DNA from: Rubrivivax sp.
GTDB lineage: Bacteria; Pseudomonadota; Gammaproteobacteria; Burkholderiales; Burkholderiaceae_C
DNA: 64,000 bases
NCBI GenBank assembly: GCA_022843905.1
Contig: JALHMT010000020.1
Coordinates: 371 to 64,370, forward strand
Direction of reading: 5' to 3'
The notes below the pieces were generated by a model, which was not told the origin of the DNA, did not search any database, and saw only the letters and a program-made list of their open reading frames with translations. Below, one piece after another: positions 12,332 to 20,591 of the stretch (position 1 is its first letter; every line of letters begins with the position of its first letter). Position numbers and translations under genes: made by a program.

Positions 12332-13140
12332 TCGAGGTGCGGTCGCTGTGCAAGCGCTTCGACACCGGCCGCGGCCGCCAGCGACAGACGGTGCAGGCGG
12401 TGGACGGCGTGAGCTGGCGCGCGGCCGACGGCTGCATCACCGGCCTGCTCGGGCCCAACGGCGCCGGCAAGACGACCAGCCTGCGCATGGTGGCCGGGCT
12501 GATCGCGCCCGACGCCGGCCGCATCGACGTCGACGGCATCGACGCCGTGGCCCGGCCCCGGCAGGCCCTGGCGCGCCTGGGCGTGCTGAGCGACGCACGC
12601 GGCCTGTACCCGCGGTTGACGGCGCGCGAGAACATCGTCTACTACGGGCGTCTGCATGGCATGGCGCCGGCCGCGGCGCACGGGCGCGCCGAATCGCTGG
12701 CGCGCATGCTCGACATGGGCGGCCTGCTGGAGCGCCGCACCGAAGGCTTCAGCCAGGGCGAGCGCATGAAGACGGCACTGGCGCGCGCGCTGGTGCACGA
12801 CCCGCCCAACATCATCCTGGACGAACCCACCAACGGGCTGGACGTGCTGGCCACGCGCTCGCTGCGCGAGGCCCTGCGCCGGCTGCGTGACGAGCAGGGC
12901 AAGTGCATCGTGTTTTCCACGCACATCATGCAGGAGGTGGAGCGCCTGTGCGACCACGTCGTGGTCGTGGCCCACGGCCGCACGGTGGCCCAGGGCACGG
13001 TGGCCGGCTTGTCGGCGCGCACGGGGCTGGCCGACTTCGAGGAGACCTTCGTGCAGCTGGCCTTCAGCGATCAGGAGCGGCTGGGCAGCGGGTCCTCGGT
13101 GGATCGAAGCCCGCGGCCACTGCGCCAGGGGTCGCCATGA
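12328..13140 (+). CDS. ABC transporter ATP-binding protein (NatA-like)
   Basis: GPNGAGKTT, FSQGERMK, LDEPTNGLD; GTG start overlaps the upstream stop. Confidence 0.85.
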   Translation: MIEVRSLCKRFDTGRGRQRQTVQAVDGVSWRAADGCITGLLGPNGAGKTTSLRMVAGLIAPDAGRIDVDGIDAVARPRQALARLGVLSDARGLYPRLTARENIVYYGRLHGMAPAAAHGRAESLARMLDMGGLLERRTEGFSQGERMKTALARALVHDPPNIILDEPTNGLDVLATRSLREALRRLRDEQGKCIVFSTHIMQEVERLCDHVVVVAHGRTVAQGTVAGLSARTGLADFEETFVQLAFSDQERLGSGSSVDRSPRPLRQGSP

Positions 13141-14300
13141 ACGCGGCCTGGGTGGTCTTCTGCAAGGAGCTTCTCGATGCGCTGCGCGACCGCCGCACGC
13201 TGCTGATGGTGCTGCTCAGCTCGGTGGCCATCGGCCCGCTGGTGCTGGTGCTGTTCTCGACGCTGGTCTCCGGCATCGAGAAGCGGGCCGAGGCGCGCGA
13301 GGTCTGGGTCAGGGGGGCGCAGCACGCGCCCACGCTGCGCAACTTCCTGGAGCGCCAGACCTACACGCTGCGCGAGGCGCCGGCCGACTTCGAGCGGCAG
13401 ATCGCCGACAGCAAGCTGGGCGAGCCGGTGCTGGTGTTGCCCGAGGACTTCGAGGCGCAGCTCGCGGCCGGCGAGGTGCCGGTGGTGGAGCTGGTGTCGA
13501 GCAGCTCGAACCCGCGTGCCGAAGGCGGCGCGGCGCGCCTGTCGCGCCTGCTGCAGGGCTTCAACCAGGAGGTCGCTTCCTTGCGCCTGGCCGTTCGTGG
13601 CGTCGCGCCCGCCGCCCTGCAGGCACTGCAGGTGGAAGACCGCGACCTGGCGCAGCCGGCGGCCCGCGCATCGCGCATGGCCAGCCTGGTGCCTTTCTTC
13701 GTGCTCATGGCCGTGCTGTACGGCGCGCTCAACGCCGCGCTGGACACCACCGCAGGCGAACGCGAGCGCGGCTCGCTGGAGCCGCTGCTGATGAACCCCG
13801 CGCCGCGCGAGTCGCTGGTGCTCGGCAAGTGGGGCGCCGTGACGGCGGTGGCGATGCTGATTGCCGTGCTGAGCTGTTTCAGCTTCCTGCCGGCGCAGTG
13901 GCTGATGAGCAGCGAGTCGCCGGCGGCGATGTTCCGATTCGGCCTGCGCGAGGCGAGCTGGTTCGTGCTGCTGCTGCTGCCCCTGGCCGGCGCGCTGTCG
14001 GCGCTGCTGATGGCGCTGGCCATCCGCTGCCGCAGCTTCAAGGAAGCGCAGGCCAGCGCCACCATCGTGGTGCTGCTGGTCTCGCTGCTGCCACTGCTGA
14101 CGGTGTTCCGCCAGGAAGGTGAATCGCCGTGGCATCTGGCCGTGCCCGCGCTGGCACAGACCACCCTGATGGGGCGGGTGCTGAAGCTCGAGCCCATCGG
14201 CTGGGGCGAGGGCCTCTTGCCGGTGGCCGTGTGCCTGCTGCTGGCCGCGGGGGGCCTGGCCTTCGTGGCCCGCACCATGCGCAAGGCCGCCGTGCGCTGA
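13137..14300 (+). CDS. ABC-2 permease (NatB-like)
   Basis: KELLDALRDRRTL, DTTAGERERGSLEPLL, RSFKEAQ. Confidence 0.85.
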   Translation: MNAAWVVFCKELLDALRDRRTLLMVLLSSVAIGPLVLVLFSTLVSGIEKRAEAREVWVRGAQHAPTLRNFLERQTYTLREAPADFERQIADSKLGEPVLVLPEDFEAQLAAGEVPVVELVSSSSNPRAEGGAARLSRLLQGFNQEVASLRLAVRGVAPAALQALQVEDRDLAQPAARASRMASLVPFFVLMAVLYGALNAALDTTAGERERGSLEPLLMNPAPRESLVLGKWGAVTAVAMLIAVLSCFSFLPAQWLMSSESPAAMFRFGLREASWFVLLLLPLAGALSALLMALAIRCRSFKEAQASATIVVLLVSLLPLLTVFRQEGESPWHLAVPALAQTTLMGRVLKLEPIGWGEGLLPVAVCLLLAAGGLAFVARTMRKAAVR

Positions 14301-14303
14301 ACG

Positions 14304-14717
14304 TCAGTGTGCCGTGCGCAGCGCCCGCTGCACTTCGTCCTGCCAGGGCAGGGTGTAGACGATCGCATTGAGCACGCGCGCGGCCTCGAAGGCCGTCAGC
14401 ACCTCGCCCTCCTGGCCGATGATGCGGATGTTGGTCACGACGCACATGGGGTCGGCCATGGCGACCAGACCGCGCGGCATCTGCACCCAGTCCCAGGCCA
14501 CCCCGGCCTCGCCTTCGGCGGCTTCGGTGGCCCAGATGGTCTGGCCGGCGGTGCGGCGCAGGCGTTCGTCGAGGATGGTGACGCGGGTGCCCAGATGGCG
14601 CAGCCGCAGGGCCGAGGAGTGGTCGGCCGGCCACAGCACCGGCGGCCAGCCGCGAAGCGACCAGGGGGAGATGAGTTGTTCAGTCGCGCCTTGGCGAGAG
14701 TGTTCATGGTTTCGCAT
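14304..14717 (-). CDS. RsaM/TofM-like (DUF4902) quorum-sensing modulator
   Basis: GQTIW...GVAWDW...VTNIRI...LPWQ pattern resembling RsaM/DUF4902; divergent from luxR. Start could be 14717 or 14747. Confidence 0.6.
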   Translation of the reverse strand: MRNHEHSRQGATEQLISPWSLRGWPPVLWPADHSSALRLRHLGTRVTILDERLRRTAGQTIWATEAAEGEAGVAWDWVQMPRGLVAMADPMCVVTNIRIIGQEGEVLTAFEAARVLNAIVYTLPWQDEVQRALRTAH

Positions 14718-14760
14718 GCCGCTATATTTCGCCCTGCAAGCCATCAACGATAGATGTAAG

Positions 14761-14780
14761 GCCTGTCAGGGCGGATAGCC
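14761..14780. promoter_or_regulatory. Degenerate lux-box-like site between the RsaM-like gene and luxR
   Basis: GCCTGTCAGGGCGGATAGCC fits CT-N12-AG with imperfect dyad CTGTCAG/CGGATAG. Confidence 0.4.
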
Positions 14781-14815
14781 TGGCGTCTTCTGGTCTGGAA
14801 GGATCTCCTGCTCCC

Positions 14816-15529
14816 ATGCTCTCTGGCGGCTACGCAAGTGTTCTGCAGGCCCGGACTCGCGAAGAGTTCAGGGCCGAGGTCGTGCGTTTCACGCAGTGCC
14901 TGGGTTTCCAGACCGTGTCGGCGATCACGGTGGTGGACCATGGACCCGGGCGCAGCGAGTTCATCACCGTGGACAACACGCCGATCGACTACGTCGAGGT
15001 CTATTCCAACCCGAAGAGCTACCGGCGCGACCCGGTCATGCAGCATTGCAAGCGGCAGAGCGTGCCCATCCTGTGGGACCAGGACACCTATGTGTCGCAG
15101 GGCCTGGGCGAGATCTGGGAGCAGCAGGCCGGCTTCGGGTACCGCACCGGGATCGCGATGGCGCTGCACCTGCCGGAAGGGCGGCATTTCATGTTCGGCG
15201 TGGACCGCGATGAACCGCTGCCCGTCGATCCCCAGGAGCTGCAGCGCATGGTCGCCGACCTGCAGCTCTTTGCGGTGCTGGCCCAGGAAGCCGCCCTGAG
15301 CCTGCTGCTGCCGAGTCCCTTGCAGCCCGAGAAGCCGGCGCTCACGCCGCGTGAACTGGAGGCGCTGCGCTGGACCATGGAGGGCAAGACGGCCTGGGAG
15401 ACGGGCGCCATCCTCGGCATCAGTGAACGCACCGCGGTCATGCACGTCAACAACGCGATGCACAAGCTGGGTTGCGTCAACAAGCACCAGGCCGTGCTGA
15501 AGGCCTTGCGTCTGGGCTTGATCTACTGA
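14816..15529 (+). CDS. LuxR-family regulator with autoinducer-binding domain (LuxR solo)
   Basis: Ligand domain YVEVY...RDPV...PILW...GYRTG; HTH LTPRELEALRW..EGKT...ISERT..H..N..HKLG. No luxI in the window. Confidence 0.92.
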   Translation: MLSGGYASVLQARTREEFRAEVVRFTQCLGFQTVSAITVVDHGPGRSEFITVDNTPIDYVEVYSNPKSYRRDPVMQHCKRQSVPILWDQDTYVSQGLGEIWEQQAGFGYRTGIAMALHLPEGRHFMFGVDRDEPLPVDPQELQRMVADLQLFAVLAQEAALSLLLPSPLQPEKPALTPRELEALRWTMEGKTAWETGAILGISERTAVMHVNNAMHKLGCVNKHQAVLKALRLGLIY

Positions 15530-15601
15530 TCGAGTTGTCCAGCCGGCTGGTCGTCTTAACGGCCTGGCGCGTTCGGGTGTGCTCGTTCACCGCGCATGGC
15601 C

Positions 15602-15621
15602 ACCTGTAAGAGCTTGCAGTG
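15602..15621 (+). promoter_or_regulatory. lux/cep-box-like LuxR operator upstream of the peptide precursor
   Basis: ACCTGTAAGAGCTTGCAGTG with dyad CTGTAAG/CTTGCAG (6/7); extended -10-like TGcTCCAAT at 15640-15648 puts the box centre near -42. Confidence 0.75.
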
Positions 15622-15696
15622 GTCGCCATCGGGCCCGCCTGCTCCAATCGTGTCATCCGTTTCGTCTCGAACGATTCTTCAACGATGGAGCCTCCC

Positions 15697-15912
15697 ATGA
15701 CACATCAAGACACTTTCGCTTCCGTTTCCGCCCTCGACGGTGAAGAGCGCTTCGTCGGCACCGGGCCGGTGGTTCTCGACCTGGCCGATCTGGCGCGAGT
15801 CGCGGGTGGCTTGCCCAAAGGCGGTTGGGCCGCGGCCGGCGCGGTCTACGTGGACGGTGCGGTGTACGTCGAAGGCTCCGCGACGCAACTGCCCAAGGGC
15901 GGCTGGGCTTGA
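15697..15912 (+). CDS. Double-glycine-leader peptide precursor, 71 aa, with two LPKGGWA cassettes
   Basis: GGAG RBS at 15687-15690; leader LDLADLARVAGG fits L(-12)..L(-7)..V(-4)xGG; core LPKGGWAAAGAVYVDGAVYVEGSATQLPKGGWA; adjacent to a PCAT exporter. Confidence 0.8.
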   Translation: MTHQDTFASVSALDGEERFVGTGPVVLDLADLARVAGGLPKGGWAAAGAVYVDGAVYVEGSATQLPKGGWA

Positions 15913-16002
15913 GCCCAAGCGGCAGCGCTGTACGCGGCCGGCCCTGTGGGGTCGGCGTTGTGTCGGGCGACGGGCCGATGGCGGCCTGATGTCCTGCTGA
16001 TC

Positions 16003-16038
16003 GAAGGCGCGGACCGGGGTCGACCCGGCTGCGCCTTC
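16003..16038 (+). other. GC-rich hairpin between precursor and exporter genes
   Basis: GAAGGCGCGGACCGGG-GTCGA-CCCGGCTGCGCCTTC. Confidence 0.5.
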
Positions 16039-16063
16039 TTGCCGTTCGCCCGCCATCGAGCCG

Positions 16064-17314
16064 ATGCCGCCCCTGTTCCGCCCTGAAGCCCTGCAGGCCC
16101 AGCAGACCGCCTGGCTCGGCAGCGTCCGCATCATTCGACCCCCTTCGATGACCTGGCTCACCGCGGGCGTGGTGGTGGTGGCGCTGGCCATCGCCGCCTT
16201 CCTGTCGCTGGCCCACTACACGCGCAAGGCGACGCTGGCTGGCGTGCTGAGCCCCGAAGGCGGCGTGCTGCGTCTGCTGGCACCCCAGGCCGGCGTGGTG
16301 CTGGAGCGACGTGCCGCCGAAGGCCAGGCGGTGCAGGCGGGCGACGTGCTCTACGTCCTGTCCATCGAGAGACCGACCCTGCAGCGCGGCGCGCAGGCCG
16401 AGGTCGAGCGCAGCCTGGACGACCGCAGGCGTGCCCTGCAGGACACCCTGCGGCTTCAGCAGAGCCTGAGCGAGACGCGCGTGGCCGCGCTGGACAGCCG
16501 CCTCAGGGCGCTGGCCTCCGAGCAGGCGCAGCTCGACGCCGAGGTGGCCCTGCAGCAGCGTCGGCTGGCCCTGGGGCGCGAGTCGGTGGCGCGGCTGGAG
16601 ACCTTGCAGCGGGACCAGTTCATCTCCCCGGCACAGGTGCAGGCCAAGGGGGAGGAGCTGCTGGCCCTGCAGACCCAGGCGCAGTCGCTGGAGCGTCAGC
16701 GGGCGTCGCTGGTGCGCGAGCGCGAGGAGCTCGAGGGCGAGCGGCGCGGCCTGCCGCTGCTGGCGCGCGGCGCGGCCAGCGAGCTGCAGCGCGAGCTGGC
16801 GGCACTGTCGCGCGAGACGGTCGAGCAGGATGCCACTCGCGAGATCATCATGCGCGCCCCCCAGGCCGGCACGGTCAGTGCCGTGATGGCCGAGCCCGGC
16901 CAGAGCGTGTCCGGGTCCTCGGCCCTGGCCACGCTGGTGCCGCAGGGCACGCGCCTGCTGGCCCATCTGTATGCGCCGTCGGGCGCGGTGGGCTTCGTTC
17001 GCCCGGGTCATGAGGTTCGCCTGCGCTACGAGGCCTTCCCGTACCAGAAGTACGGCCAGCAGACCGGACAGGTGCTGCAGGTGTCGCGCGTGCCGCTGGC
17101 GCCCAGTGAGATGGCGGCCCTGTCGCTGCCCGCCACCGACCGCCCGGGCGAGCCGATGTTCCGCATCACCGTGCGGGTGGACGACGCAGCGGGCCCGGCG
17201 ATGCCGCAGTCGCTGATGGCCGGCATGCGCTTCCAGGCCGACGTGCTGCTGGAGCGCCGCCGCCTGATCGAATGGCTGTTCGAGCCGCTGATCGCCTTGC
17301 GGCAAAGGCTCTAG
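16064..17314 (+). CDS. HlyD-family membrane fusion protein (CvaA/RaxA-like)
   Basis: LFRPEAL..QQTAWLG N-terminus, single TM, coiled coil, LRYEAFPYQKYG, LLERRRLIEWLFEP. Confidence 0.9.
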   Translation: MPPLFRPEALQAQQTAWLGSVRIIRPPSMTWLTAGVVVVALAIAAFLSLAHYTRKATLAGVLSPEGGVLRLLAPQAGVVLERRAAEGQAVQAGDVLYVLSIERPTLQRGAQAEVERSLDDRRRALQDTLRLQQSLSETRVAALDSRLRALASEQAQLDAEVALQQRRLALGRESVARLETLQRDQFISPAQVQAKGEELLALQTQAQSLERQRASLVREREELEGERRGLPLLARGAASELQRELAALSRETVEQDATREIIMRAPQAGTVSAVMAEPGQSVSGSSALATLVPQGTRLLAHLYAPSGAVGFVRPGHEVRLRYEAFPYQKYGQQTGQVLQVSRVPLAPSEMAALSLPATDRPGEPMFRITVRVDDAAGPAMPQSLMAGMRFQADVLLERRRLIEWLFEPLIALRQRL

Positions 17315-19450
17315 ATGGCGGGTGTCGGAGAGCTGAACCTCGGCTTCGGCGCTGGGCGCGTGCCGATGATCCTGCAGACCGAGGCGGCGGAGTGCGGCCT
17401 GGCCTGCCTGGCGATGGTCGCTTCGGCGCATGGCCATCGTGTCGACCTGCCGACGCTCCGCCAGCGCTTCTCGCTCTCGACGCAGGGGGTGACGATGGCC
17501 GACCTCGTGCGCATGGCCGACGCGCTGAAGCTGCAGTCGCGGGCCCTGCGCGCCGAGCTGGGCCATCTCGAACAGCTGCAACTGCCCTGCGTGCTGCACT
17601 GGGACATGAACCACTTCGTCGTGCTGGTGGGTTTGCGCCGTGGCGTGGCCACCGTGCACGACCCGGCGCGCGGTGTGCGCCGGCTGCCGCTGGCCGAGGT
17701 GTCGGCGCACTTCACCGGCGTGGCGCTCGAACTGCAGCCCACGGCCGACTTCCAGCCGCGCACCGAGCGCCAGCATGTCACGCTGCGCCAGCTGCTGGGG
17801 CCGGCGCGCGGGCTTCGTGGCGCGGTGGCGCAGATCCTGGTGCTGGCCGTGGCGCTCGAGGGCTTCGTGCTGCTGACGCCCTTCCTGATGCAGTGGGTGG
17901 TCGACGGTGTGCTGGTCAGCGCCGACCGTGACCTGCTGCTCACGCTGGGCATCGGCTTCGGCCTGCTGGTGCTGGTGCAGGTGGCCACCGCGGCGGTGCG
18001 CTCGTGGGCCGTGCTGGCGCTGTCGGCCACGCTCAACCTGCAGTGGATGGGCAACGTGTTCGCCCACCTGCTGCGCTTGCCCGTGGCCTGGTTCGAGAAA
18101 CGCCACGTGGGCGACGTGTGGTCGCGCTTCGCCGCCGTGCAGGTCATCCAGCGCACGCTGACCACCAGCTTCATCGAGGCCGTGCTCGACGGCCTTCTGG
18201 TGGTGCTGACCCTCGCCATGATGGCGCTGTACAGCCTGAAGCTGCTGGCCGTGGCGCTGGTGGCGGTGGCCGCCTACGGCCTGCTGCGCTGGCTGTTCTT
18301 CAAGCCGCTGCGCGAGGCCAGCGAAGAGGCCCTGGTGTTCGAGTCGCGGCAGAACAGCCACTTCCTCGAGTCGCTGCGCGGCGTGCAGGCCATCAAGCTG
18401 TTCAACGCCCAGGCCGAGCGACGTGCCCGTTTCGCAGGGCTCACGGTGGACACCATGAACGCGCAGATCGCCACGCGCAAGCTGGAGCTGCTGTTCAGCG
18501 TGCTGCACCGCCTGCTGTTCGGCCTGGAGCGCGTGGCGGTGGTGTGGCTGGGCGCGCTGCTGGTGCTGGACCGGCAGCTGTCGCTGGGCATGCTGTTCGC
18601 TTTCATCGCCTACAAGGAGCAGTTTTCCTTGCGTGTCAGCGGCCTCATCGACAAGAGTGTGGAGCTGGCCATGCTGCGGCTGCAGGGCGAACGGCTGGCC
18701 GACATCGTTCTGACCGCGCCCGAGGCCGACGCTTCCGCGCCCCGCGTGCAGGGCGCGGCGACGCCGGTGATCGAGCTGCGCAACGTGTGCTTTCGATATG
18801 CCGACGGGCTGCCCGAGGTGCTCAGCGGCGTGAACCTGCGGGTGGAGCCGGGCGAGTCGGTGGCCATCGTGGGGCCGTCGGGCTGCGGCAAGTCGACCCT
18901 GCTGAAGATCATCCTGGGCGTGCAGGCCCCGACGTCGGGCGAGGTGCTGGTGGGCGGCGTGCCGCTGGCCCAGCTCGGCCTGGCCGCCTGGCGCGACATG
19001 GTCGGTGTGGTGATGCAGGACGAGAGCCTGTTCTCGGGTTCGATCGCCGACAACATCGCCTTCTTCGAAGCCACTCCCGACCTGGCGCGCGTGGAGCACT
19101 GCGCCCGCGTGGCCGCGGTGCACGACGACATCGTGGCCATGCCGATGGGCTACCGCACGCTGATCGGCGACATGGGGTCGGCGCTGTCGGGCGGCCAGCG
19201 CCAGCGCGTGCTGCTGGCGCGCGCGCTCTACAAGCAGCCGCGCGTGCTGCTGCTGGACGAGGCGACGAGCTCGCTCGATGTCGAGCGCGAGCGTGCCGTG
19301 AATGGCGCGGTGCGCCAGCTCGCGCTGACGCGCATCATCGTGGCGCACCGTCCCGAGACCATCGCGTCGACCGGGCGGGTGGTGGCACTGCACGATGGCC
19401 GTGTGGCGCAGGATCTGCGCACCGTGCCGGCCAGCACCCCGACCTACTGA
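17315..19450 (+). CDS. C39 peptidase-containing ABC exporter (PCAT; CvaB/RaxB-like)
   Basis: QTEAAECGLACLAM (catalytic Cys), LHWDMNHFVV (His), HDPA (Asp), TM domain, [21 protein letters not shown]. Confidence 0.93.
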   Translation: MAGVGELNLGFGAGRVPMILQTEAAECGLACLAMVASAHGHRVDLPTLRQRFSLSTQGVTMADLVRMADALKLQSRALRAELGHLEQLQLPCVLHWDMNHFVVLVGLRRGVATVHDPARGVRRLPLAEVSAHFTGVALELQPTADFQPRTERQHVTLRQLLGPARGLRGAVAQILVLAVALEGFVLLTPFLMQWVVDGVLVSADRDLLLTLGIGFGLLVLVQVATAAVRSWAVLALSATLNLQWMGNVFAHLLRLPVAWFEKRHVGDVWSRFAAVQVIQRTLTTSFIEAVLDGLLVVLTLAMMALYSLKLLAVALVAVAAYGLLRWLFFKPLREASEEALVFESRQNSHFLESLRGVQAIKLFNAQAERRARFAGLTVDTMNAQIATRKLELLFSVLHRLLFGLERVAVVWLGALLVLDRQLSLGMLFAFIAYKEQFSLRVSGLIDKSVELAMLRLQGERLADIVLTAPEADASAPRVQGAATPVIELRNVCFRYADGLPEVLSGVNLRVEPGESVAIVGPSGCGKSTLLKIILGVQAPTSGEVLVGGVPLAQLGLAAWRDMVGVVMQDESLFSGSIADNIAFFEATPDLARVEHCARVAAVHDDIVAMPMGYRTLIGDMGSALSGGQRQRVLLARALYKQPRVLLLDEATSSLDVERERAVNGAVRQLALTRIIVAHRPETIASTGRVVALHDGRVAQDLRTVPASTPTY

Positions 19451-19451
19451 A

Positions 19452-19560
19452 GGCTGCCAGGCTCGGCCTGGTTCCGGCCCTTCGCCGGTCGGGATCAAGG
19501 GGCCGGCCGAGTCCGGTTCCAACCGAAAAGCCGGTCGCGTGCGGGCTGGGCTCGGCAGCC
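19452..19560. repeat. Structured palindromic intergenic element between convergent genes
   Basis: Ends GGCTGCC...GGCAGCC pair; inner CCGGCCCTT...AAGGGGCCGG hairpin. Confidence 0.4.
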
Positions 19561-19582
19561 CTCGAACTGCGAAGCCGTGGAC

Positions 19583-19777
19583 TCAGCTGCGCTTGACCGG
19601 GCAGGTGCTGAAGCCGAGCACGGTGTACAGCGGGCAGAAGCCCATGGCGGCGGTGGCCAGCGGCACGAGGCCGATCCAGCCCCAGACGCCGATCGCGCCG
19701 GTGAGGGTCAAGGCGATCAGGGCCAGGCCCAGAACGATGCGAAGAATGCGGTCGATGCTGCCGACGTTGCGGGTCAT
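19583..19777 (-). CDS. DUF2892 (YgaP-like) small membrane protein
   Basis: NVGSIDRILRI...GFCPLYTVLGFSTCP. Confidence 0.88.
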   Translation of the reverse strand: MTRNVGSIDRILRIVLGLALIALTLTGAIGVWGWIGLVPLATAAMGFCPLYTVLGFSTCPVKRS

Positions 19778-19845
19778 GGTGTCTCTCCTGTGATCACGGC
19801 AACGGTGCCGATGCGGGCAGTGTGATCTGCGGGCAGGGAGGTGTC

Positions 19846-19861
19846 GGTGACCTGGGTTACA
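19846..19861 (-). promoter_or_regulatory. CRP/FNR-type binding site, class II promoter of the DUF2892 gene
   Basis: Minus strand TGTAA-N6-TCACC; CACACT -10-like at 19824-19819 gives about -41.5 spacing; Crp/Fnr gene adjacent. Confidence 0.6.
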
Positions 19862-19877
19862 GAGCGACTGATCGAAG

Positions 19878-20591
19878 TCAATCCCGGCCCACAGGCGGCG
19901 TGGCGCCCGCGGCCAGGGCCCCGAGGGCGGCCACGTCGAGCAGGTCGATGCGCTCTCGGTGCAGGTCGACCCAGCCGGAGGTCTCGAATCGCTTGAGCAG
20001 CCGGGTCACCATTTCCCTGACGGTGCCCAGTTCATCGGCCAGGGCCTGGTGTGTGATGCGGATCTGGTTGCCGCGGGTCAGCAGGGCCTGGGCCAGGCGC
20101 TGGTCCAGGCGCTGGAAGGCGACGGCTTCGGCCAGGGCCATCAGGTCGGCCAGGCGGTCGGCGAAAACGCCGAACACGAAGCGGCGAAACGGGTCGTGAG
20201 TGCACCAGCGATCGAAACCCGCCGGTGACAGCAGCAGCAGCTCGGTGGGCTCCGACGCCTGCCCGTGGGCCGTGAGGGCGTGGCGCCCGAACAGGCAGGA
20301 GGTCGAGACCACGCACAGCTCGCCGGGCGTGACGCGGTACAGCTCCAGGGATCGACCACCGGCGCTGCCGCGGGCCACGCGCACGCAGCCGCTCAACACC
20401 ATCGGAAATCCCCGGCAGGGCTGGTGCTCCTCGAAGAGCAGGGTGCCGCGCTCGACCCGGGCAGACTGGGCCTGGGCGGACAGTACCTCGTCACGATCGC
20501 CAGGGGCCAGCGTGGCCAGCACCGGGTAGAGCGCGATCAGGCGCTGCGTGAGCGGGTTCATCGCCGGAGCTGCCGGCGCTTCGGTCGTCAT
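19878..20591 (-). CDS. Crp/Fnr-family transcriptional regulator
   Basis: cNMP-binding-like barrel ([10 protein letters not shown]) and [24 protein letters not shown]. Confidence 0.9.
   Translation of the reverse strand: MTTEAPAAPAMNPLTQRLIALYPVLATLAPGDRDEVLSAQAQSARVERGTLLFEEHQPCRGFPMVLSGCVRVARGSAGGRSLELYRVTPGELCVVSTSCLFGRHALTAHGQASEPTELLLLSPAGFDRWCTHDPFRRFVFGVFADRLADLMALAEAVAFQRLDQRLAQALLTRGNQIRITHQALADELGTVREMVTRLLKRFETSGWVDLHRERIDLLDVAALGALAAGATPPVGRD

Noticed and set aside
14304-16063. Hidden luxI or immunity gene near luxR
   Set aside because: No space or ORF with AHL-synthase motifs and no convincing small hydrophobic immunity ORF.
15653-19522. 1289-aa minus-strand ORF, and similar long ORFs at 2219-5629, 31719-34172, 39254-41143, 56450-58774 and 59175-62096
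   Set aside because: Antisense shadows of well-supported genes in high-GC DNA; no motifs.
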